From Eledone cirrhosa (Eukaryota), in the NCBI GenBank assembly GCA_964016885.1, contig OZ024741.1, positions 210,428,001 to 210,492,000 on the forward strand: DNA of 64,000 bases, given 5' to 3'. The notes beneath the pieces are model-generated. The model had not been told where the DNA came from, searched no databases, and saw only the letters and a program-made list of their open reading frames with translations. Below are positions 12,370-22,620 of this stretch, piece after piece. A program made the translations under genes and the position numbers. Each line of letters begins with the position of its first letter. The stretch's first letter is position 1.

Positions 12370-15300
12370 AGAAAGGATGAATATAAAATGAAAGTGCTTT
12401 TGTTAAAAAAGGAATTTATTAGGTATTGACATATGTTTCTGTAACAGACCGAATACCTATGTATCGCTGCTTGCGTAATCATATAATGTTAGCAAGTATT
12501 CGATAGCAAATGTATAATCAGTTGTCACTTCTTCAGAGATTTTGGATAAACTGGATAAAATCAGAAAAATTTAAGTATTTATATTAGTAAAAGAGGAAGG
12601 AACAGAGGGGATAGAATATGACAGATGGTAAAATAATTTACTGCTAAACAAGTATATAATGGGTTTTTAATGAGAATACCATGAGTAAATCTAAATAAGA
12701 ATTTTGGGAGTGCCAATTTTAATCTCTACTTGACCAACTGGACAGTGGACAGGGCTGGTCATTTGGTGCAGTAGTATTAATTATAAAGTGTCAATTGGGG
12801 AAGGGGGAGATTTCGATTGCTACTAAATAACATCAATGCTAGTAGTCAGCTGGTATTTGCACTAGGGAATTGAATCAAGAAATCAGAAATCTCATTTTAT
12901 CTATAGCAGTTTGTATTAAAAGGTAAATAATAGAAGAGTTGATAGAATTAAGACTAATAAAGAATGTTCATATCTATTCTGACAATCAAACGGGGATAGA
13001 GACAGGCGTTCAATCCTGGTAGTATTTATAATATGAAAATGTAGATTTTAAGCGATGGTTACAGTATAACGATCGCTCTATTCTGTTATTTAATAAAATG
13101 TTTTTGGATTTCATAATACAAAACAATTCTACATTACATAATTTACAAAATTCCTGTCCATTGTAATATAGGGGGGGGGGGGGCAGCCGCTATTATATCC
13201 CATTTTAGGTGAAATTGTTGGTTATTTTCACGCAGCTGCCAAGCCTTGTCTGCGAGTGTTGTTACATAACGCTGGTTTTCATGTTTTATCGAATAACGAT
13301 GTCTATAAAGGCGTGATTTGAAGGAGGTGGCTGTAGATCCCACATAGTACCACTTCTGTCTATCCGATTCGATAGTACATTTGTATACGATGTTGCGTTC
13401 AAGACACTGATTGTTCAACGGACACATTCCTGGTTGGACACAGTTGCAATTACAATTTTGCGTTGTTGTATTGCCATGGATGGGTTGATGAGGTTGCTTA
13501 TGTAGGACAGGATGTTGTTTGTTGTTTTGTGATGTTTTACGTGTATTGTTATGTGTTGGAAGGCGTTTATACAACCGTTTTGCGTTAAGCATTTTTATAT
13601 GTTGTTCAATATTAGGGGCGGTTGAATATGAAAGTCGAATGGTGTTAGGGTTTAAGATTTTATTATATTTATGTGATGTTGGAAAGTGTTTTCTAACTAA
13701 TCGAAAGAATTTTGAGGGTAGATTGGTTTTAATAGATTTGTTATAGACCGGGTTGTACCAGATATACTCCTTACATCGCCTTCTGTTTGGTGGTGTGCGA
13801 CTATTATTGTGTCTATTGCGGTAGTGTATGTATGGTGGTGATTCTGTGCTATTTCTACTTCTATGTGATTTATTTTGGGTGTTTTGGTGATCATTGACTA
13901 TATACTCTATATTATCTAGGTGACCGGCTTTCCTAAGTGCATCATCATAATACTCGGCATGTTCTTTGAAGGTTTGTTGGTTGGACGATAGGCGGGAGAT
14001 TCTAAGAGAAACATTTCTAGGGATGGATTTAATTATAGAGAGTGGATGGTTAGAACTCGTATTTACATATTTAAGGTTCTCATTTAGTTTGTGGAACGGT
14101 TTAATCGTATCTGTATTGAGATTGAAAGTAACATCAAGGAAATTGACCTCTTTGAGGTTATATTCAAACGTAATATTTAATCCTAGTTCTTTAAAAAGTT
14201 TTCTGATATTTTTACGCATCCTTTCTAAATTCTGGTTATTCATATGCTTAACTAATAGGAGCGCATCGTCACGGTAAATTCCACCGTGGAGATCCTTGAA
14301 TTTTCCTTGTAATCTGTGGGTGATATAAATTCCCACAAGATCTGTTACTTCCGCCGAATCATTAGAACCCATAGTGATATCAAAATTAGAAGGTCTATCT
14401 TTGCGAACCCAGAAGCTATCATCGAATTTAACTATAGTTTTTCTCGCTTCCATAATAATTTTAATTTCAGCATCCGTAAGGTCGGAATTATCCTTAGCGA
14501 ACGAAAGAGCTTCATGTAGAGTATCAGGTGAAATTGAGGAATAATATTCATCAATATCAAACTGAATAAATTTTGATTTTTTCTTATCAGTAATGTTGTT
14601 AAACCATCTTATTGCTTCATGAGTGTTACCCCATAGTTTAATCTCTACTTTAACCTTAACTTGGGGGATAATTCTGTCTAGTATATATTTGCTAATTTTA
14701 CCTATATCAGATTTAGAGGGGCATATAAGTCTAATATTAGGGTTAGTATCGAAGTTTACCTTGTGGTCCTTCAGGTTGAAGGATGGTATAGCTGGTGTTA
14801 AGGGTTGCGTTCTATCGTCAATACACAGTTTTTTAACAATATCACATGCCGAGTTGTTGATGTTTTTAAGTGTGGCTTCATTAGTTTTCCTGTATTTTTT
14901 ATGCAATTCCTTACGGATGAAGTTATTGTAAGTGTCCACATCCATGGTATATACGTTTGATGTTTTGTCTGCTCTAACAATAACTCCATTGGCGTTTTTT
15001 AGATTATTGAGCAGTGCCGTGATGTCATTCTGTAGTTTATTGTTCTTACGTTTTGTAAATTTGATCTCCATGATCATATCCATTAGGTCTTGTTCAAATG
15101 CATCCAAAAGTGGGTTTGAGGGTGGGTTCTTGTAAGATTTAAATCCAAATTTATCCTTGTTAAGATCCGATGTTTGGTTTATACGGCTTTTGTCAAAATG
15201 GAATGTTTTCCATCTGATTCGTCGAATAAAATCATTGGTCCTTCGTATCATACCTAGAATATATTCCCTTTTTGCCTGAATAGGTATGTTTTTTAACGAC

Positions 15301-15630
15301 ATATCCAATTGGTGCCTTTCCATTTAAGAAGCGTATGCTGAATTAGTTGCTCAACTGTATAGGAGATTAATAAAATTTCAGGTTCTATCCCCTCTGTTCC
15401 TTCCTCTTTTACTAATATAAATACTTAAATTTTTCTGATTTTATCCAGTTTATCCAAAATCTCTGAAGAAGTGACAACTGATTATACATTTGCTATCGAA
15501 TACTTGCTAACATTATATGATTACGCAAGCAGCGATACATAGGTATTCGGTCTGTTACAGAAACATATGTCAATACCTAATAAATTCCTTTGTTAACAAA
15601 AGCACTTTCATTTTATATTCATCCTTTCTA
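12370..15630 (-). mobile_element. Penelope-like element (Naiad-like by inference), near intact, with ~246-bp inverted pseudo-LTRs
   Basis: 12370-12615 is an almost exact reverse complement of 15383-15630 and brackets a single RT+GIY-YIG ORF. The left end is in (TA)n. Confidence 0.9.
13010..15323 (-). CDS. PLE RT plus GIY-YIG endonuclease; single frameshift in a G homopolymer (~13171-13183)
   Basis: ORF 13143..15323 (SLKNIP, RIRWK, ADKTSN, QFDIDEYY, MGSNDS, YRDD, CNCNC..CPLNNQC, IVY..YVG) continues in another frame as YYNGQEFCKLCNVE..LLNNRIE..YCNH..YQD* to 13010. Confidence 0.85.
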
Positions 15631-16089
15631 CATTTCTCCGGAATATAATTTATACTCGTTGAGCAAACCTGCACGTACGCTGTTCATCTCTAACGTAACG
15701 ATATATTATCACTACATTATTGATAACCTGAAATTTTATATATATATATATATATATATATTGATGTCTATAGATATAAACGTGCCGATACACACACATA
15801 CATATACGCACACATGCATGGCACACTGATGGGCACATACATATTTGTACACACGTATTCCAATACGGCAAGGCCTAATGGATTCCCCTTGCAGTACGTA
15901 CAATCTGGACACTCACACACACCTTGGTCTTATGCCAATACTATTTATCATTTCACACCTTTTATTATTAAGGTTTTTGATGTTCAATTGAGAGAATCGT
16001 TTTTACTGAAAATATCGAATAATGTACACCATTTTTACCAGTTACACAAAAATACTGATCCACCTACACACACACACACACACACATTA

Positions 16090-16128
<39 letters not shown>

Positions 16129-16811
16129 CACACACATATACACATGCATACATTAACATACAAAGAGACATACACACACACTTCTCCGTATAAGACAAGA
16201 GCTGAAAAATATCTTTTAACATGTTAAAGTATCCCCCACACACGTAAAGACATATTCCTACTGACCATCCCTCTACCACGAATTACTCTGCTACATACAC
16301 ACACACACACACACACACACACTTGTCTTAATAGGCACTTGAACTGTCAGCAGGCTGCGGTCCGCACACACATCCCTGCTGACCATTATCACAACAACGA
16401 ACCTCTTTACTACTACTACATACACACACACACATATTTGTCTTGAAAGACTTATTTTTCAGTGACTTCTCAATCAACCGAGACAAACCTACATTTGGCG
16501 CAAAATCAATTTTTAACATTCACATGACCTCTACCGACCAATCAAAATTGTTTTGACCACAAGAATTTTTTCATACATCTGGAGCCACTTTTTTTACATA
16601 AAACAGGTAGAATTTCCAAAACTAATCAGATTAGAGCAAACATCACGGGCGCTCTAGCTCAAAATTATTTTTGAAAAGCATTAGAAATGCGCGACCGGTA
16701 AAACTTAAAACCAAAACTGAATACTAACCAATACTATTACTAATTTTTACTTATTCCTAATTAAACTATTTTTCACTGGGAACAATTTGTCAGCATTTTC
16801 TTTTCCTTTTA

Positions 16812-16902
<91 letters not shown>

Positions 16903-17229
16903 AAATACATACATATATACATATATTATAAGTGTGATGTTGAAGTGAAAAAGAGTGCTAAATTCTGGACCAGAGTTTAATAATATATTTTATTATTAAG
17001 TGATGAGTTGATAAAATAAAGAACCAGTAATAAACTGAGTAATTGCTGGCCTTGTGCCAAAGTAGAAACAATTATTAAGTGATGAGTTTTGTTACTCTTC
17101 TGTGTGAATGTGTGTGATTGTGAGTGCGCGCGGGTCTGAGTGCGCGCGCGTGTGTGTGTGTGAGTGTGTGTGTGTGTGTGTGAGAGTTCGTCTGAATGTG
17201 TGTATGTGGTTGTATGTGTTTGTATGTGT

Positions 17230-17625
17230 GTATAGTTAAGGCTCTCGATTGTCTAAACTTGAAAGTAATTGCCGAAGCTATCCATGAACTCCATACGACC
17301 TTGAGCCACCAAACCCATATCACACAAGAAAAACTTGACCATCCAAGCGTGACCATCCAAGTCCATGGACGTTATCCAACCATTTTGTTCGGGGTCTACT
17401 CCTGGGTCTCTTGCCTGTTGGTTTTGGCCGTCAAATCTGTCCAGCGATTCTTTCCTGAGACATTCTAACCACATGCCCATAGAATCTGAACTGTGAACGC
17501 TCAATTCGGAGAAGTAGTAGCTCTACCTGGAGTGACTCTCTGATCTCCGAGTTACGCACTCTATTGAGTACCGTTACATCAAAGATCCTTCGGAGAAACC
17601 CCATTTCGGCCACTTGTATTCGCTT
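17230..17625 (-). mobile_element. RTE-clade LINE 3' relic
   Basis: AEMGFLRRIFDVTVLNRVRNSEIRE..IERSQFRFYGHVVRM.. followed after a frameshift by GKRPRSRPRTKW-type residues, the typical RTE C-terminus. Confidence 0.8.
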
Positions 17626-18065
17626 TTATTTCAGTATGAACTATCAAAAATTAAATGTATAAAAAATATAACATCATGTGTCAATTATAATATCAACTTT
17701 CACCATTTTGAACCCAGAAACTATTCCCCATTCTACAATACAAATCTGTTTATTTTAAAGTGTTTGTATTATGTAAAAACCTTCAATCATAATTCTATGT
17801 AAGAATATTTGTTATGCTATGATCCAAACATCCGCTTTATAATGAGAAGGTTAGTTATAGTAACTGAATTTCCCCAAATTCTTGATTATTTTCAAAATTA
17901 ATTGAAACTCATACGAATTGTTGTTTCTCATTAGATAATGTTAATGAAAGAGTTAAAAATTCGCGAGTTATTTATTAACTGATTCTCTCTAAATTCTTAA
18001 TTATTTTCTAAATTAATTCTTCATTATTTCAAAAATTAATTGCAGCTCATAGTCAGCGACTTTAG

Positions 18066-18390
18066 AAATATGGTAACGAAATGGTTAACCAAATATGGTA
18101 ACGAAAAGTTTTATCTAATATGGTAACAAAAAGGTTTACCAAATATGGTAAAGAAAAGGCAACCAAATATGGTAATGAAAAGGTAACCATATATGGTAAC
18201 TAAAACGTTAACCAAATATGGTACTGAAAACGTTAACCAAATATGGTAATGAAAAGGTAACCATATATGGTAATGAAAAGATTAACCAAATTTTGTAACG
18301 AAAATGTTAACAAAAATATGGTAATGAAAAGGTTAACCAAATATGGTAATGAAAAGGTTAACCATATATGGTAATGAAAAGGTAAACCAA
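18066..18390. repeat. ~24-25-bp minisatellite
   Basis: About 13 imperfect copies of aaatatggtaatgaaaaggttaacc. Confidence 0.9.
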
Positions 18391-19073
18391 AAATTAAGAA
18401 ATGAAATAATTTTACACGTTTTTCTCCCTTACATGAATATATATATATATATATATATATACGCACACACACGCCCCCCCCCCCCCCATATATATATATA
18501 TATAAGATTTTTATCTGATGAACGGATTCAAACGCCTCTGTTAGAATAGTAGAAAGGAAAAAGATTTTGCAGTAGAAAATGTTGAAGAGATATTTTTAGT
18601 GAAATTTCAAAGTATTAATTTATTTACAATACCGGTTTCAGCATTATATACATTGTCAATTGCGGATATGCAGAATATTGTTGAGTTACATATTTGTACA
18701 AATAGTGAAAATAATGATAATAACAAAAAAATATAGAGAGGGGAAGAAAAGTTAATTTTCAGAGAGAGACGGACAGAGAGAGGAGAGAGTGGGGAGGGGT
18801 GATGCCTGTCTCATGTCTTGTGCTCTCAGGTTGTCGACATGGATAAGGAGAATGAAGGGGACAAAAGAGAAAAATGGGGGTTGGGAGTGGAAGAAATATT
18901 TAGTAGGGTTGGGAACGGATGGTGTGGCAGAAGATGGTATTTTAATTGGAAATGACAGGGGAGTGGTGCTGGGAATTTGGTGTTTGGTTTATACATCAAT
19001 GGTGGTAGTGCCGCAATTGATGTGTGGTATAGGTGAGGGAAGAGGAGACTAAGAGAGTGACGTATAGATAGAT

Positions 19074-22000
19074 TTCTTTATTTACCATAAAGGCATAAAA
19101 AGAAGGGACAAATACAAAGGGGGAGTTTACATATAATCGAGTAAAAAGGGTGTAACATGAAAATAATCGAAAATAACCTCAAAAGGGAGGGGACGTGATG
19201 GGGGTTGCACACACCCCCGAAAAAGTGTGCAATCCTTTGCCCGGGGAGCACATGGAGAAGGTGCTCCCCTCTCCTTTACTTCTTTACCTACAGGATGGTA
19301 TACAGAGAAGGCCCATTTACACGAGCCATTCTCGCCACTATCACCCACCTTTCATAAAACTGCCTGTGGCCAAGCACCTCTCTCTCCATTCTTATCCTTC
19401 TTCCGAAGTGATATCGGAAGAAGTAGACCAGACTATGGCCAGAGAGGAAGTTGCCTGACCTCAGACCTTTCAATCGTGTCCACCAAACAACCTCTTTCAA
19501 CATGGCTATTACGCACAGAAAAACCGCCTTTGCTTCCTTTGTGAAGAGGGGAGGCGGTTTGATTGTCATCACGGACTCGGCGGTCAATTTAATCGGCGCC
19601 ACCCGCGACAGCAGTTGTTCGGCGTAGCCCCACAGATCAGCCACGCCAGGACATTGCACCAATGCGTGCGCCACGGTTTCTTCGTGACGCACGCATCTAG
19701 GGCAAATCTTTTTTGAGGGATCCCTGCCCGGGCGCCCGTGTCTGTAGAGCCTCTCTCGAACGGGTAGAGCCCCTCGGTAGCACTGCCAGGCCAGTGACTT
19801 CTGGAAGTTGTCCATTGGTCCTGGGCCGAAAGTCCTACCGAACAGGCTGGCCAGTTCGTCTTCTTCCATGTCCAGCGACTCTCCAAGGGTGTCATCGCCC
19901 CTGCTAGCCACCAGCCCTCTATAGAATGATGAGGTGGATTCTCCACCGATGGCCCGGCCCGCTTGCCAGAGAGCCCTGAGCGCCTGAGCACACTCAGTGT
20001 GCCAGTCTCCCAGTTTTCCGGATCTTTGCTTGACCCAGGACTGTAGCTCGGTGAGTGAGACGAGTCTCGGAAAGGCTCGTTTCACGAACGGAGCCCACAC
20101 CGGTTGACCAGTGAGGAATACCTGTAGGTGCCGTAGCCTTAATGCGTGCCTACGCATCATCAACCACGGCATCCCCAGCCCTCCTTTCGAAGGTTGTTGG
20201 CAGCAGATGGATCTTCTCACCATAGGAGGACGCTTCTTCCAAAGAAATTGGAAGAGCATGCGTTCCATGGTGGTGAGTGTTTCCTTAGGGCAAGGCACGA
20301 CAGTCAGGCGGTAGTAAGTGACGGACGCTATGTAAATGTTCGCCACCTCCGCCCGGCCTTTTAGGGACAGCTTACACTTGGCCCATTTCTGGGTTAGTGC
20401 AAACACCTTGTTCGTAACCTCGTTCCAGTTCTTTTCCACCTGGAAGTCCGGTCCAAACCAGACCCCAAGCAACTTTACCGGGCCCTCCGTCCAGTGTCCG
20501 ACGACACCGTCAGGAGGCATCGGTTTGCCTCTCCACGTTCCGAGTTGCAGCCCGATGGATTTTTCCCGGTTCAGTTTCGCTCCTGACAACCTTTCGTACT
20601 CCTCCAGTAAGGTACCGATCGCCTCGATCTCCGAGTCGGTTGATACCATTACTGTTACGTCATCGGCGTAGGCCGACACCGCTTTGCTCAATCCTGGTTC
20701 CAGGGGGATACCCTGCAACAACTCCAACTTCCTCAGTAAAGGCTCGAGAGTCAATACGTACAGAAGGGAGGAGAGAGGGCACCCCTGTCGAATGGATCGT
20801 GTGATTTCGAACGGCTTCGAAAGGTAGCCGTTCACCTTGATCCTAGAACAGATGTGGTTGCTATGTAGGGCAGTGATCCAGCCTCTGAAAACAGGACCGA
20901 ACCCAGCCGCCGCTAGCACCGCATCCAGGTAACCATGGTCGACCCTATCGAAGGCCTTAGACTGATCCAAGTTGATCAGGGCCCCACCGAAGCCGGGTTT
21001 GTTGCCAACCCTCTCTATGATGTATCGCATGAGGTGGAGGTTATCGTGAATGGAACTGGATGGGATAGCACATGTCTGCGCATCTCCCACCAGGCCACCC
21101 ACGACAAGCGCCAACCTCTTTGCTAACACCTTGGCCAAAATCTTTAACTCTGTGTTTAGCAGGGTTATGGGCCGAAAATTATTTATACTATCCCCCTTTT
21201 TCTCGTCCTTCCTCACCAGCGTGACTACGCCCTTGGCTACAGAACAAGGAATTCTCCCGTTCTGCTGCCAATTGCAGTAGACCGCTTCGAGGAGTTCGGA
21301 GAAGAAGACCGGCATTGCTAAATAAAGTTCGTAAGGTATACCATCGAGACCTGGAGATTTGCGTCTGCTGCATTGGCTCAGCGCATCTCCGATCTCATCA
21401 GCCGAGATTGGTCCCTCGCAGGACTCTGCCTCTTTGTTCGAGAGACGCGGCAGGCCGTCGAGGTATGGACCGAAATCCACGCCCCGGCCCGGACCCTCGC
21501 CTCCTCCGAACAATCGGGCAAAGTGCTTTTGAAAGGCCTCGCACATCTGCTTAGGCTCCCGGATCACTCGTCCATCTTCGTCTTGCAACGACCGGATGGT
21601 GGATCGATTTCCACTCTTAGCTTCTGTCACGCGGGCCCATCCAACGGCTTTGGCCCCCTCATTACCTAGAGCACGTATTTTACTTCGAATGACGCAGCCT
21701 TCATGCTTTACATCGAAAAACTGGTTCAAGGCCGTCCTCGATGCCAGCACTCTGGCCACATCTTCGCTCTTGATTGCCTCTTCTAATTTACCTGTTAATT
21801 CTTTCTCGTTTCTATTCCTATCGGCAGCTAACATCTTGCTATAACTTATTGATTCTGTTCTAATCTCTCTTTTGAGAGATGCCCACCATCGGTTGTTGAC
21901 GATTGCACCCGTCAACCTCTCCTTAACTAATCTGCTAATCCGGTTTCTGTAAGTCTCTTTTGCCGGTAAAGACAAATTAAGTTTCCAGTAACCGGGACCC

Positions 22001-22293
22001 TGTCTATGTGTTTTCTCGAGATTGACCACGCAGGTCACTAATTTGTGATCCGTGTAGCCAACCGTGCGCATTTCTGGACAGCTTAATATGTCCCTATCCT
22101 TACTTCTAACTAAGAATCTATCTAAGTACGATCTAGATTGACCACTGTGGTTTCTCCAAGTCCAGGTAGGCACAGTTGGAAAATCTAGTCGATATCTATC
22201 GACCAAGTTAAAACGGTCGAGTAACCCCTTGAGGCTGTTACACCCCCCTCTATTAGGACATGCTCCTGCATAGTCCCAACGTGCATCTAGGAT
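19074..22293 (-). mobile_element. Tx1-like non-LTR retrotransposon, copy A (5'-truncated, near-identical to copy C)
   Basis: ORF2 runs from mid-APE to stop 19288. The 3'UTR ends AATAAAgaaa-TCTATCTA. Flanked by the direct repeat agtgacgtatagatagat (19056-19073 and 22294-22311). Confidence 0.92.
19288..22293 (-). CDS. Tx1/L1-group ORF2 (partial APE, RT, C-terminal zinc finger), open but N-truncated
   Basis: SYLDRFL, TDH, GPGYWKLN, KSPGLDG, FRPITLLN, LDQSKAFDRVDH, IRQGCPLS, AYADD, SLKGRA, GGLG, CPRC..ETVAHALVQC. Confidence 0.9.
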   Translation of the reverse strand: MLDARWDYAGACPNRGGCNSLKGLLDRFNLVDRYRLDFPTVPTWTWRNHSGQSRSYLDRFLVRSKDRDILSCPEMRTVGYTDHKLVTCVVNLEKTHRQGPGYWKLNLSLPAKETYRNRISRLVKERLTGAIVNNRWWASLKREIRTESISYSKMLAADRNRNEKELTGKLEEAIKSEDVARVLASRTALNQFFDVKHEGCVIRSKIRALGNEGAKAVGWARVTEAKSGNRSTIRSLQDEDGRVIREPKQMCEAFQKHFARLFGGGEGPGRGVDFGPYLDGLPRLSNKEAESCEGPISADEIGDALSQCSRRKSPGLDGIPYELYLAMPVFFSELLEAVYCNWQQNGRIPCSVAKGVVTLVRKDEKKGDSINNFRPITLLNTELKILAKVLAKRLALVVGGLVGDAQTCAIPSSSIHDNLHLMRYIIERVGNKPGFGGALINLDQSKAFDRVDHGYLDAVLAAAGFGPVFRGWITALHSNHICSRIKVNGYLSKPFEITRSIRQGCPLSSLLYVLTLEPLLRKLELLQGIPLEPGLSKAVSAYADDVTVMVSTDSEIEAIGTLLEEYERLSGAKLNREKSIGLQLGTWRGKPMPPDGVVGHWTEGPVKLLGVWFGPDFQVEKNWNEVTNKVFALTQKWAKCKLSLKGRAEVANIYIASVTYYRLTVVPCPKETLTTMERMLFQFLWKKRPPMVRRSICCQQPSKGGLGMPWLMMRRHALRLRHLQVFLTGQPVWAPFVKRAFPRLVSLTELQSWVKQRSGKLGDWHTECAQALRALWQAGRAIGGESTSSFYRGLVASRGDDTLGESLDMEEDELASLFGRTFGPGPMDNFQKSLAWQCYRGALPVRERLYRHGRPGRDPSKKICPRCVRHEETVAHALVQCPGVADLWGYAEQLLSRVAPIKLTAESVMTIKPPPLFTKEAKAVFLCVIAMLKEVVWWTRLKGLRSGNFLSGHSLVYFFRYHFGRRIRMEREVLGHRQFYERWVIVARMARVNGPSLYTIL

Positions 22294-22300
22294 AGTGACG

Positions 22301-22301
22301 T

Positions 22302-22356
<55 letters not shown>

Positions 22357-22380
22357 TAGAGGGATAGATAGATAGATATA
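22301..22380. repeat. (GATA)n tract: 3' tail of copy B and target of copy A
   Basis: Seen directly. Confidence 0.95.
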
Positions 22381-22620
22381 TTTCTTTATTAGCCACAGGG
22401 GCACAAAAGAAGGGGACAAATACAAAGGGGGAAGTTTACATACAATAAAAACGTGTAAAATGTTATCACAGATGGAATTTAAAAAAGTTAGTCGATTTTC
22501 CCCAATAGAGGGAGACAGTTTATATGGGTAACACATACCCCCGAAAAAAAATGTGCAACCCTCTACTCCAGGAGTACGAAGAGTTTGTACTCCCTTCCTC
22601 TCTTCCTCCTTTTCCTCAAC

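Noticed and set aside
8241-15323. Selenocysteine recoding as described for some Naiad PLEs
   Set aside because: The conserved Cys positions I read use ordinary Cys codons, with no in-frame TGA at those sites and no well-spaced SECIS.
18066-18390. CRISPR-like array
   Set aside because: Contiguous tandem units without unique spacers, no cas genes, and a eukaryotic context.
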